From the NCBI GenBank assembly GCA_964187785.1, contig OZ076412.1, positions 75,020,001 through 75,084,000 of the forward strand: 64,000 nucleotides of DNA, read 5' to 3'. Of the stretch, positions 26,601 through 38,518 are shown in pieces; the stretch's first letter is position 1; every line of letters begins with the position of its first letter. This DNA is from Amphiscolops sp. MND2022. Taxonomy: Eukaryota. The position numbers and the translations under genes are program-made. The notes beneath the pieces were generated by a model. The model was not told the DNA's origin, did not search any database, and saw nothing but the letters and a program-made list of their open reading frames with translations.

Positions 26601-27385
26601 TCTATCTTTCTATATACAGTACCATACTGTAAGTTTAAAGTTTCTAAAATTCATTGAACATAGGCGTATAGAACTTTTATTGGATCTATCGGTCAATATA
26701 CAGTACAATACTATACGTCTAAGGTAGCTAAGATTCGACGAACACAGCTGTTAACGACATATATTCGATCTATTTTTCATTATACAGTACAATACTATAG
26801 GTCTAAAGTAGCTAAGATTCAATTAACAAGATCGTACAGCTTTTATATTTGAACAATCTTTCAACATACAGTACCGTACTATAGGTCTAAAGTAGGTAAG
26901 ATTCGATGAACAGGGTCGTATGTGTTTTATATTCGATCTGTCTTTCTATATACAGTACCATACTATAAGTTTAAATTAGCTAAGAATCAATGACAATAGG
27001 CGTATAGGACTTATATTAGATCTATCAGTCGAAATACATTACAATACTATATGTCTAAGGTAGCTAAGATTCGATGAACACAGCTGTAAAGGACTTTTAT
27101 TTGATCGATCTTTCTATATACAGTACAATACTATAAGTCAAGTAGCTAAGATTCAATGAACATAGGCGTATACGACTTATATTGGATCTATCATTCATTA
27201 TACAGTACAATACTATATGTCTAAGTAGCTAAGATTCGATGAACATGGTAGTGTAGGACTTATCTTCGATCTATATTTCAATATACAGTACAATACTGTA
27301 GGGCTAAAGTAGCTAAGATTCAATGAACACAGTCGCGTAGAACTTATATTCGATCTATATTTCGAAATACGGTATATTACTATAG
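23690..27385. repeat. Tandem array of ~84-bp monomers (~44 units) with a 14-monomer higher-order duplication
   Basis: The atacagtac anchor recurs at 23754, 23838, 23919, 24003 and 24087. Block ~24440-25625 is repeated at ~25625-26825; the identical spurious ORFs at 25091 and 26274 are 1183 bp apart. Confidence 0.95.
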
Positions 27386-30300
27386 GATCTCTGTAGAGAT
27401 CCTAGTAGAAAATAGTAGCTATTTCAGGGGCTACTCTGCGCATTTGTAAAAAAATATGCCCTTATTTCGTGTCCGGCACTTCGTTATTCAACACTGTGAA
27501 AACTCTTTCAGTCTTCTATACATGAGAAAAAGTATACTTTTTACAGCATTTCATCATCTTTTTTCGTCAATTTCTATAGCAATTTTCACAATTTGCAGGT
27601 CACATTTCCATGTTACTCGGTGTGAAAATATGGCGTTGTGTAAAGGTGGAGATATATTTGGCGGTTGATGGTTGGAATGATAAAGAATGTTATCCATTAC
27701 GCAAATGAAGGTAACTTCAGGGAAATTTTATCCATGGAAATCACGCATCAATAAAGGTCACTAGCATCAAAAGGAAGTAAGTAGAAGCACATTCATTTCA
27801 ACGTTGGTAGATGAAAGCACCTTTTATTGATCCTGTTTCCTTTTATCACGGCCGCAATTTCCATTCCTAACAAACTGCGCCTTCCATTTTTTATTACTTT
27901 CCAGCACGCAAAGGTAAGGAAATTTCCTTTCATTGCCTGAAATAGAAACAAAAAAAATTTCCGGGCTCGGATTTTTCAAGGTTGTGTATATTTGTTTCGG
28001 TTTCTAGTCGGCTCTCCGTGAGTGAGTATTTTTTGACCTTCGGTTACGTCATTGTGTCGCCATCATGACGTCATTTGGAGTTCGCGTTATGACCATGTTT
28101 GGTTACTCACTCAACCCCCCCCCCCGCCTATAATGTCACGTACTTTTACTACTGACCTATTTGAATTTTTGCTTCAACTTCCTGCTATTAATGACCAGCT
28201 TGTCAACCTTCCTACCCTTACATTGCGTCACTTAGTCTCTGGTCATTGATCTGTATACTGATTTATGTCTTCATTACAAATTGCTGTAGTTGATATATGC
28301 TTTATTTTACATGTCGATATCCGTTTGGTATGTGCCGTCTAGTGAATACTAGTTTTCCTATAAAAATGTTCAGATCTGCAAGAAACACGACAATTGGTGT
28401 CCAGACTAGGATACACTTCAAGGTTAGCACGCTTAAAATTTTTGCTGCTAGTTCTTTGTACAACTCAGTTGAAAATCTTCAAACCAGTTTGCGTAAACAA
28501 CTACGATAACTCGTCCGCACCGGTCGTGATTTTAGCCTAAACGCAGAGTCCGTAAACGAGTCAAAAGTCGTTTACAACGATGTAAAGACTGAAGAACTGA
28601 AAAATACGAGAATAAACCTGTGGCACGATCTGATTAACAAAACAATCACACCCCACAGAAGTAACAACCATCAACCTCAAAGTGTAACTCAACTGGTTGC
28701 TTCATTGCGAATCTCAGAAACCTATGCGGCATACTGTCAACGAACAGGGTCAGTATATTGTCAACGAACAGGGTCACCGAATAACTTTGAAGACCTGAGA
28801 ACATTGGACTGCCCAATCATCCAAGTCACGACAGATATTGTGAGCAAATCAGAGTAGCGCAGTGAAGTTCTCGTTGAGAAATACAAAGCTTTACATCAAT
28901 CCAGCGATCTCCAACTCAGATCCTTATGTGTAGTCCTACATTACTACCCTAACTTTCGAAGATCTTGAAAAAAAGAGGTACCAAGCGAAGAACTCACGAG
29001 AAACGCAGAGAGGCAAAGCGAAGACAACTAAAGGTGAGCGTTCAGAGTCTCGGACTCAGAGCCGCTGTTGTTACCTCATAGTATATTTTCGAATTGAAAG
29101 TGAGTTTTTAGAGTCTTTGTAATTAAATTAATCGTGTTTTTTCAAGTCATCATCAAAATCAATGTGTAAACCGGAATTGAACCTCAAGGAACCCGATCAA
29201 GCTTATATGTGGCTCAAGGTGTTCGTGGCACGAGCGCGTGTTGAAAAAAACGGACATCTACGCAACACCTGAAACTAGTGGACCGCCAGCTGTCGCTGCC
29301 ATAGCAAAAGATTATCAGGTGACTGATTTCTTCATGAGCCAATGCGGCCTCGAAGCGTTGATAAAGCTCAGTACCCTCGTCGCGCCCAGAAACATTGAAG
29401 ACATGAATTCCATAGACATCCGTAAGGATCTTAAAAATGACATTAAGACACACGAGAGGCTGGTGGTTGCAGAACGCAATGGCTTCTTTCAGATGTCTCA
29501 GGGGGTAAAAGAAGCAAAAACTGATTACCTTGCTAGGCTCCGAGAGGCTGTGCGTTATTGCAAGTTTGTCTATCTCAAAATTTTCTCCGGATCCTGAAGC
29601 TGAAATGATTCGATCACATATTATCGCCGGACTACGAGACAACGAATCCCAGCTGAAGTTACTTGACACACACAGAGCAAACGACAACTTGACTGTGGAA
29701 GAACTGCTGTAGCTCATTCTTTATAGAAGCCTGGCCAAGATATTTGCTGAGAACTCAGTTCATCAGACAACATCATGTGTAGTTGCATATGCGGAAAAAC
29801 GTGGTCCCGATAACAAAAAAGATCGGAGTCGCCGTAAAAAGCCAGAGCAGTGTGCACGATGTGGACGAAAGCCATTCCAACTACTTATTGAGTACCCTGC
29901 TAAAGATGAAAAGTGTCACAGTTGTTCGAAGCAAGGACACTATTCCAGAATGGGCAAAACCAAAAGACAAAAAGCTTCGCGAACTGGGGGAAAACCTATC
30001 GAATATCAAATGCATCAGTGTACTTGACTTGTGAAGAACAAGAATTCGAAGATGCCTCCTCATCCAAAGAAACCATTTATTATGCAGAACAAAAAAACGC
30101 GACTGTGGAAAAAGTCCATCACACTGGAAGCAAAGCTGAATTTCATAGCATTTAGCTGAATGGCCATGGAACAACACTGGTTCTTCAGTGACCATTATTT
30201 CAACAAACCTTTGGCGGAAAATTGGGTCTCCAACCTTGAGCACTAGCCCCCCATTGATTGAAACGTATGATGGACACAGAATGCATCATCTCCGTCATCT

Positions 30301-32096
30301 AAAGTGTGAGATGCCATAAGATTAGAAAATTCATAGCATTGACGGTGCAGTTATCGAAGTCCGAGAAAGAATTTGGATTGATCGACAGAGACGTAACCCA
30401 TGTTGATCACATTCAAAACGCGTCTTTATCTGATGTAAAAGTCTTGCCTGCCATTAAAGACGTTGAGGACACTATCAATTTGAAGCCTGACGCAAAACCT
30501 GTTTTTTGTCGCGCTCGAAAAGTTCCACACGCCATGGAACCCCGGTCAATATTGATTTTGCGGAACTTCAGGCATATCCTTGCCCCAGTTGATCCAGGAG
30601 GTGTCATGAATGCCTCGACAGTCGTGTGGCAAAGGAAGAAACATGGATCTTTTCGGCTTTGTGCAGACTTCAAAGTCTTATGTAAACGATATCATCATGA
30701 CTGATGAGTACCCGCTTCTCGACATGGAATCATTATTTCATGAGCTGGAAGGATCGAAGTTTCATGTCAAGAGTGACTCATCATCTGCTTACTACCAATT
30801 ATTGTTGCATGATGCAGCGCAGGATCTTTGTGCTATGAACACAACGGTCGGTTTTTTCAAGTTACTCAGACTACCTCAAGGAATAAAAAATGCATCCGTA
30901 ATGTTCTAGCGATTAATCGAGACCACTCTCAAGGGACTGATTGGAACTTCAGGACGACGGAAGAACAAAAAGTCAATGTGAGAAGCGTTTGAGTGCAGTT
31001 CAGGGATCGCCTGAAAGACCAGGGGTTCACCATTAAAGAAATCAAGTCTGGAAATATCATGGAGAAATTCACTTTTCTCAGTTTCACAATTTAAGGAAGA
31101 AGGACTGAGCACCAAGATCACCTTGTCAAAAAAGTTAGGAAAATCTATCCTCCTCAACGTGTTAAGAAAGTCCAACAATTTCGTTGATTGGTCACGTTCT
31201 ACAGCCGGTTCATCCCGAACTTCACATCGAAATCTGCCCCATTATCTGATCTGAGGAAGAGGTCGGAATTTGAGTTACAGTGGACTAGAAAATGTCAACG
31301 CGCATTCGAAAGGCTGATGTCTGAGCCAGCAAGAAACCTGTAGATCAGCCGTATTCTCTGAAGAACGAAGTAACGATCACAACTGATGCGTCTGAGAAAG
31401 CTATTAGCGGAGTCCTATCCATGGAGGGGCACCGTGTAGTTTCTCTTATTCAAAGAAATGGTCTCAAGCTGAGCATTGGTACTCTAAGGTTGAGCGTGAA
31501 GCACTAGAGAGTGTTTCTGTGGAAAACGCTCAAAGCAGTTTTTACTTGGCCTGAAGCTCAACCTGGAAACTGATCATAATCCTCTGGAATTCATATTTGC
31601 TCCAAACAAGGAACACCCAAAAACCGTATCAGAAAGAATCACAAAATGGGTCTTTTTACCTCTGGCCTTTGTTTTGAGATTAAATAGCAAGAAGGTTCTT
31701 CAGTTCTTCATGCCGACGCCATGACTAGACAGACTAAATTTCGATCAGGATGACGACGAAGGCAATCTAGTCGACTACTTACGTCCCAATCTTGATGAAC
31801 TCCGTGTTCACTTTGCCGAGCAAAAACTCATTCCATTCGAAGAGTTGAGGAGTGAATGTGATCGCGATGAATTGGCGAAGCGAATTTTCAGGCGTGTAAC
31901 CGATGGCGATTGGGAAGCGTGTACTCAAGCAGAGAGTATTTTCAAGAGAGTATCTGGTTTCCTCACTGTCGAGAACCGACTGCTTTACAATGGAATCAGA
32001 CCCTACATTGCACCAAGAGTACAGAACATCGTCATTGAATGAGCTCATGTTACGCATCATGGTGTCCAGGCGACTAAGAACATGGTGAACCTCCTG

Positions 32097-32971
32097 GGTA
32101 TATGCCTTTTTGCCGAATCCCATTTTGCCGAATCCCACTTTGCCGAAAGCATGAAACATTTTGCCGAATTTTTTTTCGACAAAGTGGGCATCGAAATTCG
32201 GCAAAGTGGGCAAGGCAGTTGTCTACATCTGCAAAAACAGACCTTTAAAGCTATAAAGTGATTCAAAGTATAAAACGTGTGTCGGATATGTCCCTATTTC
32301 CTCTAGTGCCCAGCGGCCCCTTGGGGCCGCTTATGTTCCCATCTTGCTAAGCGATGTCGAACAGGAGCAAAGACCTAGCGGGAACGGAGATCGCGAAGCG
32401 ATCGTAGTGGGAGCTGGTCTTTGCGACGGTGAGGGCGAGCGTGCTTACATCGGATATGCCCCACATTATTTTTTTCGCTCTCAAAAAGCCTGTATTTGCA
32501 GATGTAAAGAGGTCGAATTTTTCTGATCGGAAGGACAGAGGTCGAACCTTTTGATCGAATCGCAGGGATCGAATGGAATGCGGTCGAATTTTATCGTATT
32601 TGTTGTATGGCTCGGTCGCTTCGCGCCCTTCGCCAAGTAGCAACATTGAGGCATGGCCATATGGCACGTCGCTCCGCTTCGCTTCGCTCCTGCATTCAGG
32701 GCACTAGGGGTATGTGAACATATCTGACTACGTTATGAAATTTTCGATCCGAGTTGTTTCGATCCCATTCAAAAATTTGGTATGTCGACCTGAGGACTAA
32801 CTCTGATTTTCGATCCCGTTCCTTCGACCTATTTCCGCCCACCCACAACTGCCTTGCCCACTTTGCCGAATTTCGATGCCCACTTTGCCGAAAAAAATTC
32901 GGCAAAATAGGCAAGGTAGGGACACTTCGCCGAATTCGGCAAAATGGATTTCGGCAAACTGTCCCATATTC
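32097..32971. mobile_element. 875-bp foldback MITE with long TIRs built of TTTGCCGAA motifs and an 8-bp TSD
   Basis: TSD ACCTCCTG at 32089-32096 and 32972-32979; the empty site is present once in copy A at 14287-14294. Arms are inverted, e.g. ttcggcaaagtgggcaaggcagttgt / acaactgccttgcccactttgccgaa. Confidence 0.9.
32508..32845. mobile_element. Nested element with GGTCGAA/GATCGAA ... TTCGATCC/TTCGACC motifs interrupting the right arm of the 875-bp MITE
   Basis: The left arm ggcagttgtctacatctgcaaaaacag predicts a right arm ctgtttttgcagatgtagacaactgcc. That right arm is split between gatgta (~32507) and acaactgcc (~32846) by this block. Confidence 0.65.
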
Positions 32972-34153
32972 ACCTCCTGTATCGGTGACCTGGGGTCGGG
33001 AAATTCATAAATGCTTGCTCTGACTGCAAAAATCCGACCACGAACTGAGAAATCGGTCGATCCTTGACCAGATGCACAGTCAAGGGAGAAGCTACACATG
33101 GATTGTGCTTATATTCAAGAAGAGGGCAACGTTCTTATTGTCGACTTGTTTGCGTATTATGGTTGTCGTTGGTTCTGGTTGCAGGCTCAAGGTTGAATCA
33201 AATAGAGAGTCCAATCTACAATCCAAGGAGTAATGGATTTGCCGAAGGGGCTGCGCAGACTGCATTGATGGCATAGAGCTCGTCTTTTCGTTTTAGTTTC
33301 CTTGCATTTCTGCCGCAGGTTCTGTTCACACACCGTAACACTTCTTCCGTGAGAGGGAAGGATCCCTCTGAAGTTCTGCTCGTAAGGAAATCGCGACTTC
33401 CTGCTGTGATCATGCCAAAATGCGAAAACAATCATGTTATAAATGCGTTAGCTGGCTTTATTGCTACCATCGATTAATTCTTTTAACCCTGCAATCCTCA
33501 CTTGCTTCCTTCTGTGTCAATTCTATTCTATTTTTTGTTCTTGAAGCAATGATAGAAAGTCATTTGTACTGCCATATTCCGAAGGTTAGTTGAGCTCTTC
33601 TTTCCATCGGGGAGCTTGTGGTGGACCTCACACTGCGTCTTTTCCTGCGATGTATGTTGTTCGGAAGGGGAAAATTCAGACGGGTCTGAGAAGAGAAAAT
33701 AAGAGAAGTTGAAAGAAATCCAATGTGGTATTCCCGCGTATGTTCGTACCCTGTTCGCAGCGCCATGTTGACGATGACTTCTAGTAAGTCGAGGGTTGTC
33801 TCTACACTGCCTGCCAGAGTTTGAACAAAGAAGAATGTTGTGACAATTGTAAATTGACTGATTCTAATCAAGACCATATGGTTGATTGGTACTGCTACTG
33901 ACGTCTCTCTTTGCTTGCGTCGCAAATAATGCGTAGCGGTAGATTTCTTTTAAAATTATGTATTGATGTATGCTTTATTTTAGATGTCAATGTCCCTTTA
34001 GTATGTGCCGTCTAGTGAATACTAGCTTTTATTGAAGTGTTTTGATCTGCAGGAAATACGACAGTCATTGCATTAACCTAAACAGAGGTGCCTCTCTTTT
34101 TGAAAATCGTTTTGTGCTTATAGATTAGAATGAGATGTTAGACAACCGGTAAC

Positions 34154-34233
34154 ATGAGTAATCTTTCTCCTTTGATGCGGGACAACTGTGACATCTCCAG
34201 TTTTTATGTTGTCAAGCTATCATGGAGACCCAA
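34154..34233 (+). CDS. DNAJC13: DNAJC13/RME-8 coding exon 1 (MSNLSPLMRDNCDISSFYVVKLSWRP+AA)
   Basis: Matches the RME-8 N-terminus as I recall it (RENKDLACFYTTKHSWRGK). Donor GTAAGT at 34234, phase 2. Confidence 0.85.
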
Positions 34234-34304
34234 GTAAGTTTTATTTCTGCAGTTTGAAAATTAGTGCTCTTTCTGAACGGGGTTTGAGAACTTTTTTTTT
34301 GTAG

Positions 34305-34380
34305 ATATAGAAGAATTTTTTCTGTGGGAACCGATGGCATTACAACTTACAACCCTCAGACTTTTCAAGTGACCAACCAG
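34305..34380 (+). CDS. DNAJC13: DNAJC13 coding exon 2 (A+YRRIFSVGTDGITTYNPQTFQVTNQ)
   Basis: Poly-T/TAG acceptor and GTTAGC donor. Matches [25 protein letters not shown]. Confidence 0.95.
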
Positions 34381-34444
34381 GTTAGCTGACTCTAGATTGC
34401 TCTATTTTCTTGTTTTCCTCGAATGTCAGTTTTGTTCTTTTCAG

Positions 34445-34594
34445 TGGGCTTACAGAGAAATTTTTGGCGTTGTTCCAAAGCACGACACCGGGGTGCCAAA
34501 CGAGTTCCATGTCGTGATTCAAAAGCCGGGGAAAAGAAACGACATTCTCAAATTTATGTGCGAATACCGACCTGCTTTATTGACTGCCCTTTTG
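34445..34594 (+). CDS. DNAJC13: DNAJC13 coding exon 3 (WAYREIFGVVPK...ILKFMCEYRPALLTALL)
   Basis: ttctttTCAG acceptor and GTTAGA donor; 150 bp, phase 0/0. Matches WPYGDI...EFNLTF...TLKFSTEHRTELLTEAL. Confidence 0.93.
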
Positions 34595-34704
34595 GTTAGA
34601 ATTTTGCTTATAACGTTTAAGCTACATGTTCTGAGTTTAAATGTATTTAAATGAAAGTCGAAGTTGAAAAACAATCTGTTTAGTGTATTTCATAATTTTT
34701 GCAG

Positions 34705-34806
34705 GGATTTAGATCGAAGTTTGCAGATCAGTCATCGTTTTCCACCAAACAGTTCAAGGGTCAGAAGCACCATTGGAGCGACACTCGTGTATCTGTTATT
34801 TTACAG
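34705..34806 (+). CDS. DNAJC13: DNAJC13 coding exon 4 (GFRSKF...KHHWSDTRVSVILQ)
   Basis: ttttGCAG acceptor and GTCAGT donor; 102 bp. KHHWSD..PVIL motif of RME-8. Confidence 0.93.
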
Positions 34807-35531
34807 GTCAGTATCAATGCGCACGATCTGAAATTTATCGTCGATCTCAATCAATGCATGACCTCTCACTCGATTTTTTTCCCAGGGTTTGCTTTATTTA
34901 AGTTAAGGTCTTGTCTATAAATTAGAGAAAGGGCCGTGCATACTGAAGCCCTGGTAATTGAAACAAAGTCGGATAAATCATGCTGTAGTCAAAGCATGTA
35001 CGAAGAACGTTGTCATATACACTGCGAGAGTACTTGCAGTGCCAACCTTACGATATAAAAATCGTTACAGATTCCTTCATCATCATATCTAAATGTAGGA
35101 CATTGCTCGTCATGGCGTAAAAATCTATAGTTTGTGAATTTGAAACGTCAACAAAAGATTGAGAGCCTTCCCTCTTCTTCAAAAATGACCATGGTTGATT
35201 CAATCTAACATTGCGTTTCTGAGATATAATTCTCTCACATGTACGAAGCAGACCTTCGTCTTCAAATTTTAGGAGTCGGGAAAAATTTTCGACTCCCTAT
35301 GCAATCGTATCTTTTTTCTCCCGACCTTTCTATTGGACTTCAAGTTCTTGTTAGAAAGTGCTCGAGTGTCTTTAGCTTTTCGGTACCCTAGTGTAGTGGG
35401 TTAAATTGATGGCTGATTACACCAAATAGTTGTAAAAAATTTTTGCACCTTGAGTTGCTTTACTACCCATAGCAGAAGTGGTTGTTGTAAAGTGGACATG
35501 GCTGACTGTGTATATGATGTACATACTGCAG

Positions 35532-35621
35532 GTGACAGCAAGCACTATAGACCAAGTGGAACCCGCGAGTGGCAAAGTGTTGTGCTCCTACGAGTACCAA
35601 GAAGTGGAAGGATTCGCTGTG
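35532..35621 (+). CDS. DNAJC13: DNAJC13 coding exon 5 (VTASTIDQVEPASGKVLCSYEYQEVEGFAV)
   Basis: CTGCAG acceptor and GTTAGT donor; 90 bp. Matches [28 protein letters not shown]. Confidence 0.93.
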
Positions 35622-36842
35622 GTTAGTTTCGCCTCTGTTTTTACCACTCTATCGGCAGAGTTGGCTGATTATAATCGAATGATGATCGAATCAGATTAAA
35701 ATCAACTTGATAGAAACTATTTTTTTTCTAAATCATAATTGAATAAAATACTTCAAAATGGGCCACTTTTTCGACGTGGTTGGGTTATTTGATCCACTAA
35801 TCCGAAATTTTCTGACTTTCATTCTAAGCACTGTGGAATCGGAATGCGTTCTGATCATTTAAAGCTTAGTTCATTCAAAGACTAAAAACTAACTCTAAAA
35901 GGACCATGGTATGATTTCGTACCAGTTACTTTCTGCAAATTTCTGAAAGCACTAGCTGAACGTATGGAAAAGAAAACACTTGAGTAAGATTCATAGACGA
36001 TATTACAACATTGCACACATTTTCACGAAATATTAACTTGATGTCTCTGAAATCAAGAAACCAGAACAAAAAATCGAAAAAAAATCTGAACGCATTTTCG
36101 GTTTTTCCGAGGGAACCTCTGTGACTATCAATGTAAAGTGCGACCAATTGAAATGACGTGACCACGCATACAGGAAAAATTTTACCCAAAAAAATACCAC
36201 GAGGGAACAAGCTTCCCTAAAATTGTTTCAAAACATTTTGCAAATTATAATTTAATTTTTTTTAGCACCGGAGAAAAATGTACAATTACTATTATTGAAA
36301 CTATCCAAAATGAATAATTATTCGCGATAAACGAGAATCGAACTTATTAAATTTGCAGAGTTTTGTTTTATCTAAGCTTGGTCGATATCCGATACATTCA
36401 GTAAAGCAAGCAGAAATTTTAAATCAATATTTAAAATTTGGAAAATGAAACTGGCAAGAGTTTTGATTGGTATTTTAAAATTTTCTTGGACGCGACCTTC
36501 CTTTTGTCTTTGATTGATGAAAACAATGAGTAAAATAGTTCATTTTTAAATGTTTTCAATAATGATTTTAGGCTCAATTACAAGCTGCTGCTTTAAATTT
36601 TAAATATGAATAAATGCGCGCTCTTTTTAAAGAAATACCGTACCTTTGCAAAGTTCGTAGCGACTTTCAGAGTTCTTGGCTTTAAGGACTAGTGCCGAAG
36701 ACAAAACCTGTGTTTTTTGGTATGGCTAATTTTCATGGTGGTCACAGGATTTGCAGAACTACTGCAAATGATTTTGTAAGAGTACAAATTTGTGTCACCG
36801 TTCAAATTCAACTGAAATTAACCGGTGTAGTAATGTTTGCAG

Positions 36843-36896
36843 GTATCAGACAGAGACAACACGTTTGCAATTTACTATGGAGGATTTCAAAGAATG
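36843..36896 (+). CDS. DNAJC13: DNAJC13 coding exon 6 (VSDRDNTFAIYYGGFQRM)
   Basis: TTTGCAG acceptor and GTGAGT donor; 54 bp. Matches LSDYQGGFCILYGGFSRL. Confidence 0.9.
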
Positions 36897-37339
36897 GTGA
36901 GTCCAGTAAATCCACCAAGCTCGGCATTGTACGAACTCCCTCGTTCTTTTCAGTTCATAAATTTTCTCTGGAACTTTATCCTGCAGTTGTATTCTCACTT
37001 TTCAATGCAGTGACCTCCTGTTTTGAAATTTCCCAGTTTATACTTCATTCTTAGCTACAAACGCTTGATGAATTTTTTTCTCCACGTGATGAAAGTTTCG
37101 ATTGATGAGAAAAAGTGATTAAATTTCTAACTGAGTGAATTCCGTGAATTTGAATCAGATGTTTACTTGTTCCCAGTTTACGCTCAGCTTGTCAATGATT
37201 ATTCACACCATGGACTCGAACTATTTCTAACTACTAACTTTCTGACTTTTCACGTTTGTTTTCACACTTTTGTTCAAACTGTGTTGATCAGACTTGTTAC
37301 TCGATGAATGAAATATAAGACGTTTCTTATGTAGGTTGT

Positions 37340-37555
37340 TGGCTTGAGTCACGGTTTTTGGGGATGTTTCGGTCTAGACTCATCTGACATTGACAGTGAT
37401 TTGAAGCACAATTCCAACAAGACGCCCGCTTTGCACCGGGATATTTTCCGCGACATGCTTATTGCAAAAAAAGTATGGCGAAGGAGAGGATCGAACCCAC
37501 GACCTACTGGCTGGGAAAGCAATAAGTAAAGTGCACTTCACTCCATGGAGTGGAG
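37340..37555 (-). mobile_element. Degraded tRNA-derived SINE-like element
   Basis: Minus-strand B box GGGTTCGATCC at 37488-37498 in tRNA T-arm context; weak A box ~37535-37550. The extent of the body is a guess. Confidence 0.45.
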
Positions 37556-37639
37556 ATAAAGTGGAGTTTTGGCAGAATTTGTAAAACAAGACGAGAACGT
37601 CTAAAGTCGGCGCCATATCTAAGGCTCAAAAAGCGTAAA

Positions 37640-38110
37640 ACACTTTTTTTGGAAAAAAATTGAAATTTTTGAATTTTTTCTTTCAAAAGAAGTCGCATAG
37701 TGCCGAAAAATGCAAAAGGGGGGACCCTTCTGGATTTATTAACAAACATTCCGTTGCAAAATATCAAAAAACTCAAAGGGGGACCCTTGAGGCACGTCCG
37801 GTTTTGTAGGTTACGTTAAAAAAGTAAAAAATGAAAGGGGGGACCCTTTGGAGACAAAAAAATTTCGGAAAAAAAGTCGCACAGTGCCGAAAAAAATCCA
37901 AAGGGGGGGGGGGCCCTTTGGGCACGTCCGGTTTTGTATGTTTCCTTGAAAAAGTAAAAAATGAAAGGGGGGACCCTTTGGAGTAAAGTTTGCCTTGGGC
38001 GGACTTGGCCTCAGGTGCTCTGCTCAGGATTGTAAAAAGTGGACTGATCAGTGTGAGGATTGTAGTCTGAAGAAAAAAAGAAAAAAGTCACTGTTATAGT
38101 CGGGCATTTT
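37640..38110. repeat. Dispersed repeat with internal subrepeats (AGTCGCANAGTGCCGAAAAA, AAAGGGGGACCCTTTG)
   Basis: Motifs are repeated several times locally and are shared with 22950-23275. Confidence 0.65.
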
Positions 38111-38518
38111 TCCTTAAAAGGAAAACGCGCCGACTAAAAAAAAAACGCGTCACAGATCATGATTTTCCTCCCTCATTTTAATAAAAAAGGCCCATGTGGC
38201 AATCAAAAGTTACAGGTGCCTGGGTACCAATATGCAATTATTCCGTTACTAGTTTCAATGAAGTTTCAGTTCATGTCGACTTGCAGCTTGGCTTGATTGT
38301 AACTATGGAAGTTTCAATTCACGAGGATTCATAAGGCCTAGACCTCGAGCACTTGTACTGTTTTGGCTGCCAATGACGGTTTGGGTCGATCTGCACTATA
38401 GGCGTTGCTAGAGTTATTGTAACGTGATGAAAGTTTCGATTTATGACAAGAAGATGAATGAATTCTCAGACTGATTTTCGTTACATCGAGTGAGACCAGG
38501 TCTTTTATTCTGAAAGTT

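Larger units (their letters stand above)
28154..34063 (+). mobile_element. Degenerate Gypsy retrotransposon, copy B, with probable 3' LTR remnant
   Basis: Colinear with copy A from 28154 (=10427) to ~33580 (=15360). Continues to ~33950. Segment 33963-34063 is a diverged direct copy of 28290-28393. Confidence 0.88.

Noticed and set aside
14469-27385. TAGGTCTAA shared between the MITE arms and the 84-bp monomer (origin of the array from the MITE?)
   Set aside because: The match is only 8-9 bp and also occurs in the BEL/Pao LTR, so it is compatible with chance.
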